From assembly GCA_965202815.1 (NCBI GenBank), contig CBDBCD010000002.1, positions 678,921-742,920 of the forward strand: a DNA stretch of 64,000 nt, in the 5' to 3' direction. The position numbers and the translations under genes are program-made. Numbering within the stretch: position 1 is the first letter of the stretch; every line of letters starts with the position of its first letter. Shown here piece after piece: positions 53,422-63,732 of the stretch. The notes below the pieces were generated by a model that was not told where the DNA came from, ran no database searches, and saw only the letters and a program-made list of their open reading frames with translations. This DNA comes from Dehalococcoidia bacterium. Its GTDB lineage: Bacteria; Chloroflexota; Dehalococcoidia; Lucifugimonadales; UBA1123.

Positions 53422-54533
53422 TGACCTTACCCGCAATTGCCGCCCAGCCCGACGCCACGAACTCCATTAGCTATATCGGCGCAAGCAAAGTCCCGGTCCG
53501 CAATATCTGGCTTCTGATGCTCTACGCATCCGATCTATACCGCCACACCAGGGACGAGAGGATAACCTCAATCGAGGAAAACCCCGACGATATAGCGGAC
53601 TTAGTGGCCGAGATTCTGGCAGGTTCGGTCGAACGCCGAATCAAGAGAAACATGAGTTTCGCCTACCAGTCCAAAGACGCCGTTCTGAGCCGACTTCGCG
53701 GTCGCGTTGACCTGCTGCGAACCGAGCGCGGCCAACTTCTCCGGCGCGGCAAGATCGCCTGCCGCTTCGACGAGATGACGATTGACACGCCGCGCAACAG
53801 GTTCGTCCGCGCGGCGCTGGCTGGAATAGCCAAGTTCGTTCGTCGCTCCGACCTCGCGCGTCGCTGCCGCACACTGGCGACCACGCTGGCGCGGATGGGC
53901 GTAGGAATTCACCCGCCCCACAGGAACGACCTCACCATAAGATCATTCGGACGCCTCGACGCCGACGACCGCCAGATGGTAGCCGCCGCGCGTCTTGCCT
54001 TCGATCTCGCCCTTCCAAACGAATCCGAGGGCGCAAGCCATCTATCCAAGCCTAATACGGAATGGGAATGGTGGAAACTATTCGAGGACGCAGTGGCCGG
54101 ATTCTACAGGTTCGTCTTAGGAAGCCGTGGGTGGCGTGTCAGGCCCCAATCGCATATATATTGGCTCCCTCAAAATATTGGCATCCTGCCCATGATGAAG
54201 CCTGATATAATTCTGGATAGTCTGAGCCGGAGCCGCCGTTTGGTCGTTGATACCAAGTTCAAACCAATCTTGCACGACGGAAAAGTCACAAGCGCCGACC
54301 TCTACCAGATTTACGCGTATCTCAGGTCTCAGGAAGATAGAGGCGATCCGTTGTGGTCAGATGCGTCCGGTGTTCTGCTGCATCCCGTCATCAATGACAG
54401 TGTTGACGAATCCGTTATGATTCAAGGACACGAAATCAGGTTCGCCACCGTTGACCTCGCGGCTCAGGCCACCGAGATACGAAACCAACTACTCCAAGCC
54501 ATAGACAGGAGTCCCCAATGCCAGCCTACGTAA
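53421..54533 (+). CDS. mcrC: McrC-family nuclease subunit
   Basis: 370 aa; MKPDIILD...LVVDTKFK (D...DxK nuclease core) and LYQIYAYL. The start overlaps the mcrB stop by 1 nt. Confidence 0.8.
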   Translation: MTLPAIAAQPDATNSISYIGASKVPVRNIWLLMLYASDLYRHTRDERITSIEENPDDIADLVAEILAGSVERRIKRNMSFAYQSKDAVLSRLRGRVDLLRTERGQLLRRGKIACRFDEMTIDTPRNRFVRAALAGIAKFVRRSDLARRCRTLATTLARMGVGIHPPHRNDLTIRSFGRLDADDRQMVAAARLAFDLALPNESEGASHLSKPNTEWEWWKLFEDAVAGFYRFVLGSRGWRVRPQSHIYWLPQNIGILPMMKPDIILDSLSRSRRLVVDTKFKPILHDGKVTSADLYQIYAYLRSQEDRGDPLWSDASGVLLHPVINDSVDESVMIQGHEIRFATVDLAAQATEIRNQLLQAIDRSPQCQPT

Positions 54534-54805
54534 TCGCAGACGTCGAAGTCACCGATCCCGAACTCTTCGCAGAGTACCGCGAACTGGTAGAACCTACCGT
54601 CAACGCCTACGGCGGCAGGTACATCGCGCGGGGCGGAGAGACCGCGCTTCTCGAAGGCGACCGCGCTCCCAACCGCACCGTCATCATAGAGTTCCCCAGC
54701 ATGGAGCAAGCTAAGGCATGGCACGGCTCCGACGAATACGCCCACCCCAAGGATATGCGTATCCGCTCCACCAACAGCCACGTCATCATAGTCGAGGGTC
54801 TTTAA
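54518..54805 (+). CDS. DUF1330-domain protein
   Basis: MPAYVIADVEVTDPELFAEY...VIIEFPSMEQAKAW. Overlaps the mcrC 3' end by 16 nt. Confidence 0.8.
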   Translation: MPAYVIADVEVTDPELFAEYRELVEPTVNAYGGRYIARGGETALLEGDRAPNRTVIIEFPSMEQAKAWHGSDEYAHPKDMRIRSTNSHVIIVEGL

Positions 54806-54829
54806 GAGTTCCTAGACTGTAGGATCGTC

Positions 54830-56518
54830 TCAGGACTGTATCAGTCCTTCTTGGGGCTGTGTCCAGGGTAGATGGTACACGAAAGCGTACTGATGAGCGC
54901 GCGGAAGGGGCATCTCCCCGAGCTGCGCGTCAATAACCACCGGCGCCTCCAGTTCCAGTGCGCGCGGAATCAGCTTCTCCAACTCCAGAGGGTCTTCCGT
55001 CCTCATTCCGACCACGCCGAACGACTCCGCGAACCGGACGAAATCCGGGTTGTGCAGGCTGGTCTCGTAAGTTCCGCCAAACGTTTCATTCAGGTCGGAC
55101 TCCACGTTGCCGTAGGAATCGTTTCTGAGAATGACGGTTACTACATTTATGCCGTATCGTACCGCCGTTGACAACTCGGACGAGTTGAACATGAACCCGC
55201 CGTCCCCGGTCACGCACACCACAGAGCGTTCGGGCTGCGCTACCTTGACACCCAGCGCCGTAGGAAGAGAATAGCCCAAGTTGAACGAATACCCCGGATC
55301 TATGTACGTCTTGGGATGATTAGCCTGGTGGTGAGTTCGGGCATAGAACCCCAACTGCGAGACATCCCATACGACGAAGCCGTCCTCAGGAACGCCATTC
55401 TGGATTGCCTCCAGTATCGGGTACTGTGGCTCCTCCTCCCTGATTCCGAAGTAGGCGATCAGTCGCCGGGCCGCGGCAACCGCCTCCGCGGGCGACCCCC
55501 GTTCTCCCGCTCCGGCCTCCAAGAGCAGCGGAAGCAGCGCATCTATGGTCGCCCTCGCGTCGCCATGCAATGGGATGGTGTTGGACTGGATTCTCGTGAG
55601 TTCGGTGTCGTCAATATTGATATTCACTAAGACAGAGGACTCGCCCGCCGGATTGCCCAGAGAAAAACGTGTGCCGATTCCTATAACCACGTCCGCCGAC
55701 TGCATCACGTCGAATAGCTCGTTCATCTCCTGTCTCTCGCCCCGCGGACTGAAACAGGAGCCGTAAGACAGCGGATGGCTGTCCGGGATAGTCCCCTTCC
55801 CGCCGCTGGACGTAATCACGGGTATGTTCGTCGCTTCGGCCAGTTCGACCAGCGCTTCCTCCGCGTCTGACCGCGCCACTCCGCCGCCCGCGAATATCAG
55901 CGGCATTTGAGCGTGAGCTATGACGCCGGCCGCTTCCTCGAGATCTTCCCTGCTCGGCACGATTCTCGAAATGCGGGCAGGATTCCGAAGCGCCACCTCC
56001 TCCCGCTCCACTCCCGCCTCAGGCGGCATCTCTATTAGAACGGGACGCGGTCGCCCTGTACGCATCTGCCTGAACGCCTCGAAAACCGCATCCGGCGCTT
56101 CTCTTGGCCTGGATACCTGTCGCCGCCACTTGGTCACGGGTCCTACCACATCCGCCTGGTTCGCGATCTCATGAACGGCTCCGAGATTCTTGCCAATCGC
56201 TCCGCGTGGAATCTGGCCCGCAATCAGAAGAACCGGCACGGAGCGCGAATATGCGTTAGCCAGACCGGACGCCGCGTTGTAAACACCCACGCCCGGGACT
56301 ACCAGCGCCACGCCGGGCTTCCCCGACGTGCGGGCATAGCCGTCCGCCATGTATGTCGTCGCCTGTTCATGCCGGGTCGTGATCATGCGGAGGCCAGGCT
56401 CGTCTCGTATCCCCGCGACAATCCCGTATATCTGAACGCCGGGTATCCCGAACACGACCTCCACGCCTTCATTCACCAGCGACTTCGCAAGGGCTTCGCC
56501 ACCACTCATTTTTGCCAT
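54830..56518 (-). CDS. thiamine-diphosphate-dependent enzyme (acetolactate synthase large-subunit-like)
   Basis: 562 aa; N-terminal GGEALAKSLVNEGVEVVFGIPG and the ThDP-binding GDGGFMFN...N motif. Confidence 0.9.
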   Translation of the reverse strand: MAKMSGGEALAKSLVNEGVEVVFGIPGVQIYGIVAGIRDEPGLRMITTRHEQATTYMADGYARTSGKPGVALVVPGVGVYNAASGLANAYSRSVPVLLIAGQIPRGAIGKNLGAVHEIANQADVVGPVTKWRRQVSRPREAPDAVFEAFRQMRTGRPRPVLIEMPPEAGVEREEVALRNPARISRIVPSREDLEEAAGVIAHAQMPLIFAGGGVARSDAEEALVELAEATNIPVITSSGGKGTIPDSHPLSYGSCFSPRGERQEMNELFDVMQSADVVIGIGTRFSLGNPAGESSVLVNINIDDTELTRIQSNTIPLHGDARATIDALLPLLLEAGAGERGSPAEAVAAARRLIAYFGIREEEPQYPILEAIQNGVPEDGFVVWDVSQLGFYARTHHQANHPKTYIDPGYSFNLGYSLPTALGVKVAQPERSVVCVTGDGGFMFNSSELSTAVRYGINVVTVILRNDSYGNVESDLNETFGGTYETSLHNPDFVRFAESFGVVGMRTEDPLELEKLIPRALELEAPVVIDAQLGEMPLPRAHQYAFVYHLPWTQPQEGLIQS

Positions 56519-56567
56519 AGTTCGCTACTCCGTCTTGCTGGGGCTAGATTGCACAACGGAGGCGGAG

Positions 56568-56855
56568 TTACACACCCTCCACGACAACCATGTTGATGCT
56601 TGAGGAACTGATCCGAAGTTCATTGAGCTCGTTGAATTCGGGAGAATTCAGGAACTCTTTCGCCTGCTCGATACTGCCGAATTCCAGTATCGCCAGACGC
56701 GGAGGATTCCAATCGCCCTCGATAACCTCGACAGTTCCCCCACGCGCCACGAACTTGCCTCCATGGTTCTTGATGACCGGCGTTACCTTCTCTATGAAAT
56801 CAGCATAGCGGTCAGCGTCGGTGATTTCGACATCGGTAATCAAATATCCTGCCAT
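56568..56855 (-). CDS. DUF1330-domain protein
   Basis: MAGYLITDVEITDADRYADF...AILEFGSIEQAKEF. Upstream of the ThDP enzyme on the same strand. Confidence 0.8.
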   Translation of the reverse strand: MAGYLITDVEITDADRYADFIEKVTPVIKNHGGKFVARGGTVEVIEGDWNPPRLAILEFGSIEQAKEFLNSPEFNELNELRISSSSINMVVVEGV

Positions 56856-56951
56856 TGCGTCACTCTCCTGTCGAGCTATGGATGCGCTGCTGAGTCAGTA
56901 TATGCAAATGTGATACGATGAACAACTAACGATTGATAATAGGATTCTCGA

Positions 56952-58064
56952 ATGAACACAGTAGGACTCGCCATCATAGGCTCAACAGGTGTCATAGGCC
57001 GCGTGCATATAGACGCTATCGCTCAACTCGACTCATGCCGGCTCGTCGGCGTCAACGCCCGGACTCAGCCGCCGCTCCGACAGCAGGCGGACGAACTGGG
57101 TGTCGTCGCCTATCCCACGCTTGATGACGCGCTCGCCGACCCCGACGTTAACGCAATCGTAATAGCCACGCCCCACCGCTCCCACGCCGACATTACCGAG
57201 AGCGCCGCCCGCGCGGGCAAGCACGTTCTCGTAGAAAAGCCCATGTCCGTCACACTCTCCGAGGCCGACCGCATGATAGAGGTGTGCCGAGACGCGGGCG
57301 TCAAGCTCGGCGTCCTGTTCAACAACCGCTTCCGGCCCGATGCATTGAAGATTCGGGAGCTAGTAGAACAGGGAGCAATCGGCGAGATATACCGCGTCTC
57401 GATGGCCTCCGCCATGATACGCAGCCAGGACTACTACGACCGCCTCGACTGGCGCGGCAAGTGGCAGGCCGAGGGCGGCGGCGCGCTCCTCAACCAGGGC
57501 ATACACGCCATTGACCTGATGCAGTGGGTCGGCGGCCTACCCGCCTCGGTAATGGGCATCGTATCCACGCGAAGGCATGACATAGAGGTCGAAGACTTCG
57601 CCACAGCCGCTATGGCCTACGAGGGCGGTGGACACGGAACCCTCCATTGCACCACATCCCAGGCGCCCAACCACCAGCGTCTCGAACTGTGGGGGAGCGA
57701 GGGCGCGATAATCATGGACGACTGGAACGTCGCCCTTCACTCGCTCGAGACCGCCGTGGACGACTTCATAGCGCGCGACAAGTCCCCCACCTACGACAGC
57801 CCGGGCTCGACCATAGAAACTTTCGAGTTCGAGCCGGTCGGGAGAACCCACGCCCCCGCCATAGACGACTTCGCCAGGGCGATAATCGAGGACAGGGAAC
57901 CCGCCATCACTGGTAAGGACGGCCTGAGATCGCAGGAAATCGTAGCCGCCGTCACCCTCTCAGGTTGCAGGAACAAGCGAGTGGACATTCCGGTTGACCG
58001 CGCTGAATACGACGCTCTCCTCTCAGAACTGGTCGCCGCCCGCCGACTGATCACCGAAAACTGA
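56952..58064 (+). CDS. Gfo/Idh/MocA family oxidoreductase
   Basis: GLAIIGSTGVIGRVH Rossmann motif and EKPM motif. Confidence 0.85.
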   Translation: MNTVGLAIIGSTGVIGRVHIDAIAQLDSCRLVGVNARTQPPLRQQADELGVVAYPTLDDALADPDVNAIVIATPHRSHADITESAARAGKHVLVEKPMSVTLSEADRMIEVCRDAGVKLGVLFNNRFRPDALKIRELVEQGAIGEIYRVSMASAMIRSQDYYDRLDWRGKWQAEGGGALLNQGIHAIDLMQWVGGLPASVMGIVSTRRHDIEVEDFATAAMAYEGGGHGTLHCTTSQAPNHQRLELWGSEGAIIMDDWNVALHSLETAVDDFIARDKSPTYDSPGSTIETFEFEPVGRTHAPAIDDFARAIIEDREPAITGKDGLRSQEIVAAVTLSGCRNKRVDIPVDRAEYDALLSELVAARRLITEN

Positions 58065-58078
58065 CTACTGATAACCAA

Positions 58079-59344
58079 ATGCGCATCCTGGACAGGTTGC
58101 GAAACCTATACTCCGGCTGGTGGGTCTTGCTCGGCGTCACCCTGCTGGGCGTCATGTCCGGCGGCATTCTCTATCACGGCGCGGCGGTCTTCTTCAATCC
58201 CATCAGGCGCGACTTGAACCTGTCCAGCGCAAACACGTCGCTCATCTTCACTATCTCCCGCGCCCAGTCCAGTCTCGCCGCGCCCCTGTACGGCTGGCTC
58301 GTGGACCGCTTCGGCCCCAGGCCCCTGATAGTAATTGGCGCGATAGTCGCCTCCGCCGGACTCGTCGCCGTAACCTTCATCAACAATTACATCCTCTTTC
58401 TCATTGCCTATGTGATCCTGGTGTCGGTCCCGTCCCAATTCGGATTCGGGCCGACACTTATGGCCGCCGCCAACGGCTGGTTCGTGCGAAGAAAAGCCAT
58501 AGCGCTCACCATACTGCTCACCGGCATAGCCGCCGGGGGCGCGATATTCCTGTATCCGCTGGGACTCGGTGTGGCGACTATCGGGTGGCGTCCGACTCTG
58601 ATTTACTCCGGGATATTCGTTCTTGTATCCGGCCTGCTGCTGTCGCGTCTCGTCCGTACCCCACCCGACCAGGTAGATGCGGTCGAGCAAATGCCCGAGC
58701 AGTCCCCGGAATCCACAGGCCCCTCCCAGTCTTACGACTTCTCCCTGTCGGAAGCGCTCAGGACCGGCGTCTTCTGGATTCTCCTCGCCGCTTCCACGCT
58801 CCGCATCTCCGCCGAAACCGGACTGTCCATACACATCATCCCGATAATGGTCTGGCAGGGCGCGGAAGAAGAGTTTGCCGCCGGACTCGTGGCTATCTTC
58901 TTCCTGCTGTCCATTCCATTCCGATTCTCGCTCGGAATGGCCGGACACCGCCTAAACTTCCAGCCTTTGATAGCTATGGGTATGTTCGCAGCGGTAACAG
59001 GGTGCATGATCCTCATATTCTCGGACAGCGTCGGCAGTCTGTACCCCTTCGTGGCGCTCCTCGCGGTTTACGAAGGCGCCGTCGTGCTGCAATGGATAGC
59101 GATAGGCAACTACTTCGGCAGGCGCAACTACGGCGCGATAACTGGTATCATGCGTGCATTCGACGCGGTAGGCTCGTTCTTCGCTCCCTGGTACGCGGGC
59201 TGGGTATTCGACAGGACCGAATCCTACGCCCCCGCCCTCGCGACCTTCGCGGCGGCCTATGCCGTAGCCGCGCTGCTTTACATGGTTTCTCGCAGGCCAC
59301 GTCGAACCGGAACAGCGCTCAGCACTGGAGGCATTCGATCTTGA
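58079..59344 (+). CDS. MFS transporter
   Basis: 421 aa, about 12 hydrophobic segments, GWLVDRFGPRP loop motif. Confidence 0.85.
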   Translation: MRILDRLRNLYSGWWVLLGVTLLGVMSGGILYHGAAVFFNPIRRDLNLSSANTSLIFTISRAQSSLAAPLYGWLVDRFGPRPLIVIGAIVASAGLVAVTFINNYILFLIAYVILVSVPSQFGFGPTLMAAANGWFVRRKAIALTILLTGIAAGGAIFLYPLGLGVATIGWRPTLIYSGIFVLVSGLLLSRLVRTPPDQVDAVEQMPEQSPESTGPSQSYDFSLSEALRTGVFWILLAASTLRISAETGLSIHIIPIMVWQGAEEEFAAGLVAIFFLLSIPFRFSLGMAGHRLNFQPLIAMGMFAAVTGCMILIFSDSVGSLYPFVALLAVYEGAVVLQWIAIGNYFGRRNYGAITGIMRAFDAVGSFFAPWYAGWVFDRTESYAPALATFAAAYAVAALLYMVSRRPRRTGTALSTGGIRS

Positions 59345-59346
59345 AT

Positions 59347-59634
59347 GTGAAGATATGGTACACAGCCGCCGCCATACTCGGCGGCCTGGCGACGTTCATC
59401 TACGTGTACATAGATCGTCTTGACCATCTCAGGTATGTCGCGGAAATCAGGAACGGTCCGCCGGTTCCGACGTTCGATCCGGCGGTGTTCCAATTCGCGC
59501 TCGGTCTGAGCGTGCTGTTCGTTCCCATCGGGGCCTGCGCCGGGCTGATAGTGGTGTTCATCGTCAGTTCGCTGTGGAGGACGCTGAAGTCATACCAAAG
59601 ACGCAGGTCTCGCCGCGACATCGGATGGAGATAG
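59347..59634 (+). CDS. possible small two-TM membrane protein
   Basis: A GTG lies 3 nt after the MFS stop. 95 aa with two hydrophobic segments and a basic tail. It is only the tail of a long alternative-frame ORF, so support is weak. Confidence 0.35.
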   Translation: MKIWYTAAAILGGLATFIYVYIDRLDHLRYVAEIRNGPPVPTFDPAVFQFALGLSVLFVPIGACAGLIVVFIVSSLWRTLKSYQRRRSRRDIGWR

Positions 59635-59690
59635 GCGTCTGTCCGATCCTGTTCGATGCTGATTGGCAAAATAGCCGTTGAGAATCGTCC

Positions 59691-61280
59691 ATGAACTCGT
59701 TGAGCGCACCCGGAAAGAGCATCGTCTTCACCCTGGTCATCCTCGCTGGAGCGATGCTTGCGGCCTGCCACAACACGACCGCTGAACCCCTGGACTCTCC
59801 TCGAATCGGCGACGCCGCGACGCTGGACTATCACATCGGCCAGGACGACATCGAAAGCGGCAGCCTGACCCTCGATCAGATAGTCGAGCGCGGCGAGTTC
59901 TTGTTCACCGCCTCTTTCAACACGCTGGACGGCGCCGGGCGACCCGAAACCACCGATGTGTCTCCCGACAACTTCCGCCCGCCCCGCACATTTCCCGACA
60001 ACTTCAACCGCATCTCCGGCCCCGACGCCAACGCCTGCTCTAGCTGCCACGGCGTCCCGCGTCTCGGAGGAGGCGGCGACAACGCCACCAACGTGTTCGT
60101 CCTCGCCGACGGCTTCCACTTCGTCAACTTCGACGCGGGAGAGGGCGACGACTTCCAAGCTCATACCCTGAGGACCGTGGGCAACGAGAGGACCTCGCTC
60201 GGCCTGTTCGGCTCCGGCTACATCGAGCTTCTCGCCCGCGAGATGACAGAGGACCTGCACGCCATACGCGACGAGGCCAGAAAGCAGGCGCGGGATTCCA
60301 ATACCCCCGTATCCCTGCCTCTCACTACCAAGGGCGTTCACTTCGGTACAGTCACCGCTTCGCCCGACGGCTCCCTGGACACCGGCGCAGTCGAGGGTGT
60401 TGACCCAGACCTGGTGATAAGGCCGTTCATGCAGAAAGGCACCATCGTCTCCCTGCGCGAGTTCGCGGTCAAGGCCATGAACCAGCACTTCGGTATGCAG
60501 GCGTCGGAACGGTTCGGAGACGCCGTTGACCACGACGCCGACGGCATGGCAGACGAACTCAGCCGTGGGGACATAAGCGCGCTCGTCATATTCCAGGCAA
60601 TGCTGCCCCCACCCGGTCGCGTCATGCCCGACCACCCCGAAGCCCGCGCCGCCGCTCAGAGAGGCGAGGGGCTGTTTTCCACGCTGGAATGTTCAACCTG
60701 TCACATCCCCGAACTGCCACTGAACAACCCTATATTCACCGAGCCCAACCCGTTCAATCCCGCGGGCAAGCTCCAGGTCTTCGAGGTCGCCAACGCATAC
60801 TCAGTCCCCCTCCCCGACGGCGGCGAAGCATCAGGACTGCGAAGTGGACCCGACGACACAATCATGGTGCCGGTGTTCACCGACCTCAAGCGCCACAGCA
60901 TGGGCGACATCCTGAACAACGAGACCCGCGAAGAGGAGATGGTGCCCACCGACCAGTGGCTCACCCGCAAGCTGTGGGGCTTCGCCAACGAGCCGCCTTA
61001 CCTCCATCACGGTCGCGCCACGCTCATCTCCGAGGCAATACTCGCGCACGGCGGCGAGGCCCAACTCAGCCGCGACGCCTTCGCGTCCCTGCCCCCGGAC
61101 GATCAGGCCGCCGTCGTCGAATTCCTCAAGACCCTCCAGATCATGCCCGAGTCAGGGGACGACTCGGCGCAGTCGGCGGGGTTCGCAGGGTTCGAAAGCG
61201 CGACGGTTTGGGCGGCGATTATCGGCATAATGATCGGGGTTCTAAGTACACTCCTGGTAGTGTACATTCGGAAGGTTTGA
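59691..61280 (+). CDS. DUF1111-type di-haem protein (putative peroxidase / thiol oxidoreductase family), membrane-anchored
   Basis: Two CxxCH motifs (CSSCH, CSTCH), an N-terminal signal/lipobox-like segment (LAGAMLAAC) and a C-terminal TM helix. Confidence 0.8.
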   Translation: MNSLSAPGKSIVFTLVILAGAMLAACHNTTAEPLDSPRIGDAATLDYHIGQDDIESGSLTLDQIVERGEFLFTASFNTLDGAGRPETTDVSPDNFRPPRTFPDNFNRISGPDANACSSCHGVPRLGGGGDNATNVFVLADGFHFVNFDAGEGDDFQAHTLRTVGNERTSLGLFGSGYIELLAREMTEDLHAIRDEARKQARDSNTPVSLPLTTKGVHFGTVTASPDGSLDTGAVEGVDPDLVIRPFMQKGTIVSLREFAVKAMNQHFGMQASERFGDAVDHDADGMADELSRGDISALVIFQAMLPPPGRVMPDHPEARAAAQRGEGLFSTLECSTCHIPELPLNNPIFTEPNPFNPAGKLQVFEVANAYSVPLPDGGEASGLRSGPDDTIMVPVFTDLKRHSMGDILNNETREEEMVPTDQWLTRKLWGFANEPPYLHHGRATLISEAILAHGGEAQLSRDAFASLPPDDQAAVVEFLKTLQIMPESGDDSAQSAGFAGFESATVWAAIIGIMIGVLSTLLVVYIRKV

Positions 61281-61557
61281 TAAAGCCTGATTTATAATTG
61301 CGCTGGGATCCGGCTGGGCAGCCAACAGGTAGAGTACAGGGGTCGGGCTGGGCAGGTTTTTACCCAGAGATGACCAGAGTTTTCCCAGCGTTAGCTTTGG
61401 GGCCGAAAATGTTTCGCGTCCGATTTTTCTTAGTATAACCTGTCTGTTATAGTTTCTGTTTGCCAAGGGTTGGTTCTTGGTTCTCATTATTTAGCTTGTA
61501 TATTCGGATAATAGCATGATTGGGAGTTGTTGTATAGGGAGAGTTGAGCGATTAATC

Positions 61558-63672
61558 TCAGTTCTCAGGTTCCTCGATAATGATAACCTGGTTGGCCTCG
61601 ATGCTCTCCAACCTCTGCGTAACCCCGCTCGGCCATCGAATCACGATCTCATCCGCCCTGTCCGCCTCTCCCAGCCCGAATGTCATATCCAGGCTGTTCA
61701 TGGACAGGAACGTCGAACTGCCCAGCGCTTCCTGCACCTGCGTAGTTGCGCTTTCCCCGTCTGTCTTCGCGGTAAGAAAAACCCTTGCTCCAATCCCGTC
61801 CGCATTGCTGCCTGTTCCGCGTATCGCCATCCCGCCCTTCAGCCGGATAGTCAGCCAATTGCCGTCCTTGCCGCCATTCAGCCACACGAACAGCGGCCCC
61901 TTCGTGAACCGTACGCCGCCGTCCACCCTGAGATCGCCGCTGCTGTTCGTGGCTATCAGGTCAACGTATCCGTCCCCGTTCAGGTCGCCCTTCGCCAGCC
62001 CCTTCCCGTTCTCATGGAACTCCGTCCCGATCCGCTGCGCCCGCGCGTCGAACTCCGGGGAACTGGTGTCCAGCGTTGAGTAGTCCACGTCCTGGATATC
62101 CAACAAGCGCGCCTCCACCGTGATATCCTCGAACCCGCCCGCGCCATCCCCGCGCATCATCCGTCCGGCTCCCGGGTACAGCAGACCGCCGGGCCCTTCG
62201 CCCCGCGACACCAGCGCGCCAAGCCAGTACAAGTCCTGGTCGCCGTCATTCTCATAGTCGAAGAACGCCGTCCCAAACCCGAAATCGTAGGCCGCCAGCC
62301 CGCTCGGAAGCTCCCACCCCGAGTATATATTCACCGGATCTAGTGACAGAGGAGGCATTATCCCGCTCGCCTCAACCTGCGTATCAGCGGTCACTTCCGT
62401 GAATTGGGGAATAGTCCCCGAGCCGGGAATCCCGTCGTTCCGTAGAAGGAAGTGGAGGCACGTCCCCCAGTCGAATTGGTGTGTGTACGCGCAGTCCGCC
62501 CCTGGGAACGGCACGGGACGCCGGGTAAGCGGATGATAGCCGATGTTCGTGACGAACACGTCCAGGTCCTCATCCGAGTCGTAGTCTCCCAGCGCGAACC
62601 CCATCCACTGCCCCACCACGTCAACACCCATCTCCGACGCTATGGGCGTGAAGACGATAGTTCCCCCGTCCGTATCGTTGCGATACACCTCCAGGTGGTC
62701 GCCGTCGTGCGCCACCCACAGGTCTGGGTCGCCGTCGTCGTCATGGTCGAAGAACAGCGTCGCCCAGGACTGCCCCGTCGGATCGCCCACCCTGTTCCCG
62801 AACCGGTCGCCGAGACGCGGGTCGTAGCCCTCGATGAACTCACCTGATTCGCGGTCATAGAACTCGATGGGCAGACCGTCCGGCGCGCGCATCGTTATCT
62901 GTCCGCCGAGCGCTCCCGCCTCTTCGCTGATGTCGCTGAACGTGAGGTCGCCATTGTTGCGGTACAGCACATTGTAGTGACCGTGGTGCTGCGGCACGGT
63001 AAACCGCACGAAGTCGAAGTCCGCCCTGTTCGCCACGTATATGTCCAGCCAACCGTCCCCGTCAACGTCGGCGCACGCCACACTCATCGCAGATCTGATG
63101 TTCACAAAGTCGCCGAACGCCCTCGACGTTATATCCTCGAACGTTCCGTCGCCCCTGTTGAGATACAGCCTGTCCGAGATAGCCGTCCTCAATCCGTCGC
63201 TTTCATCAGCCGACCGGTAATCCAGGCCGTCTCCCTTGCGCCCATGCGCGCCTACATACAGGTCCTGGTAGCCGTCGTTGTCGAAGTCGCACGCCGCCAC
63301 GCCAGCGCTGTTGCTGATGACCGCCGCCGCGCCCGCCTCCTCAGACACCTCACTGAATGCTCCGTCCCCCTCGTTCCTGAACAGGAAATTCGGCCCGCCC
63401 TCCTCCTGCGTAACGTAGAAGTCCAGGTCCCCGTCGCGGTCATAGTCGAATATGGCGACGCCTGGATAGCGGTTGATGGTAAACGCCTTCTTGCCTAGCG
63501 CCTCAGGGGCTATGTTGGTGAATGGGGCTATACCGTCGCCTGGGTCCTCTGGTTGCGATTGATCTGTACACCCAGCCAGCAGGAATAGAAGGGCGAGAAT
63601 GCAGAGAATGATCGGAAGGATAACGCGCGCCGAGTCAGGAGTTTCTTGGAGACACGGGGCATCTGATTTCAT
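61558..63672 (-). CDS. CRTAC1-family protein (FG-GAP/VCBS repeats + ASPIC/UnbV domain), lipoprotein
   Basis: LFLLAGC lipobox, multiple DxDGDGxxD FG-GAP repeats and a C-terminal GIGARV...IRWPSG ASPIC/UnbV pattern. Confidence 0.85.
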   Translation of the reverse strand: MKSDAPCLQETPDSARVILPIILCILALLFLLAGCTDQSQPEDPGDGIAPFTNIAPEALGKKAFTINRYPGVAIFDYDRDGDLDFYVTQEEGGPNFLFRNEGDGAFSEVSEEAGAAAVISNSAGVAACDFDNDGYQDLYVGAHGRKGDGLDYRSADESDGLRTAISDRLYLNRGDGTFEDITSRAFGDFVNIRSAMSVACADVDGDGWLDIYVANRADFDFVRFTVPQHHGHYNVLYRNNGDLTFSDISEEAGALGGQITMRAPDGLPIEFYDRESGEFIEGYDPRLGDRFGNRVGDPTGQSWATLFFDHDDDGDPDLWVAHDGDHLEVYRNDTDGGTIVFTPIASEMGVDVVGQWMGFALGDYDSDEDLDVFVTNIGYHPLTRRPVPFPGADCAYTHQFDWGTCLHFLLRNDGIPGSGTIPQFTEVTADTQVEASGIMPPLSLDPVNIYSGWELPSGLAAYDFGFGTAFFDYENDGDQDLYWLGALVSRGEGPGGLLYPGAGRMMRGDGAGGFEDITVEARLLDIQDVDYSTLDTSSPEFDARAQRIGTEFHENGKGLAKGDLNGDGYVDLIATNSSGDLRVDGGVRFTKGPLFVWLNGGKDGNWLTIRLKGGMAIRGTGSNADGIGARVFLTAKTDGESATTQVQEALGSSTFLSMNSLDMTFGLGEADRADEIVIRWPSGVTQRLESIEANQVIIIEEPEN

Positions 63673-63732
63673 GCCGTTATTGTATCATAGACATTGAAAG
63701 GAATAGTCTCGTAACCGTGTCGGGATAGTCAC

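Noticed and set aside
61281-61557. Convergent intergenic region with a repeated ggctgggcag and an AT-rich tail, considered as a possible sRNA or terminators.
   Set aside because: Only short (5-bp) stems are present with no clear U-tracts, so there is not enough to support a feature.
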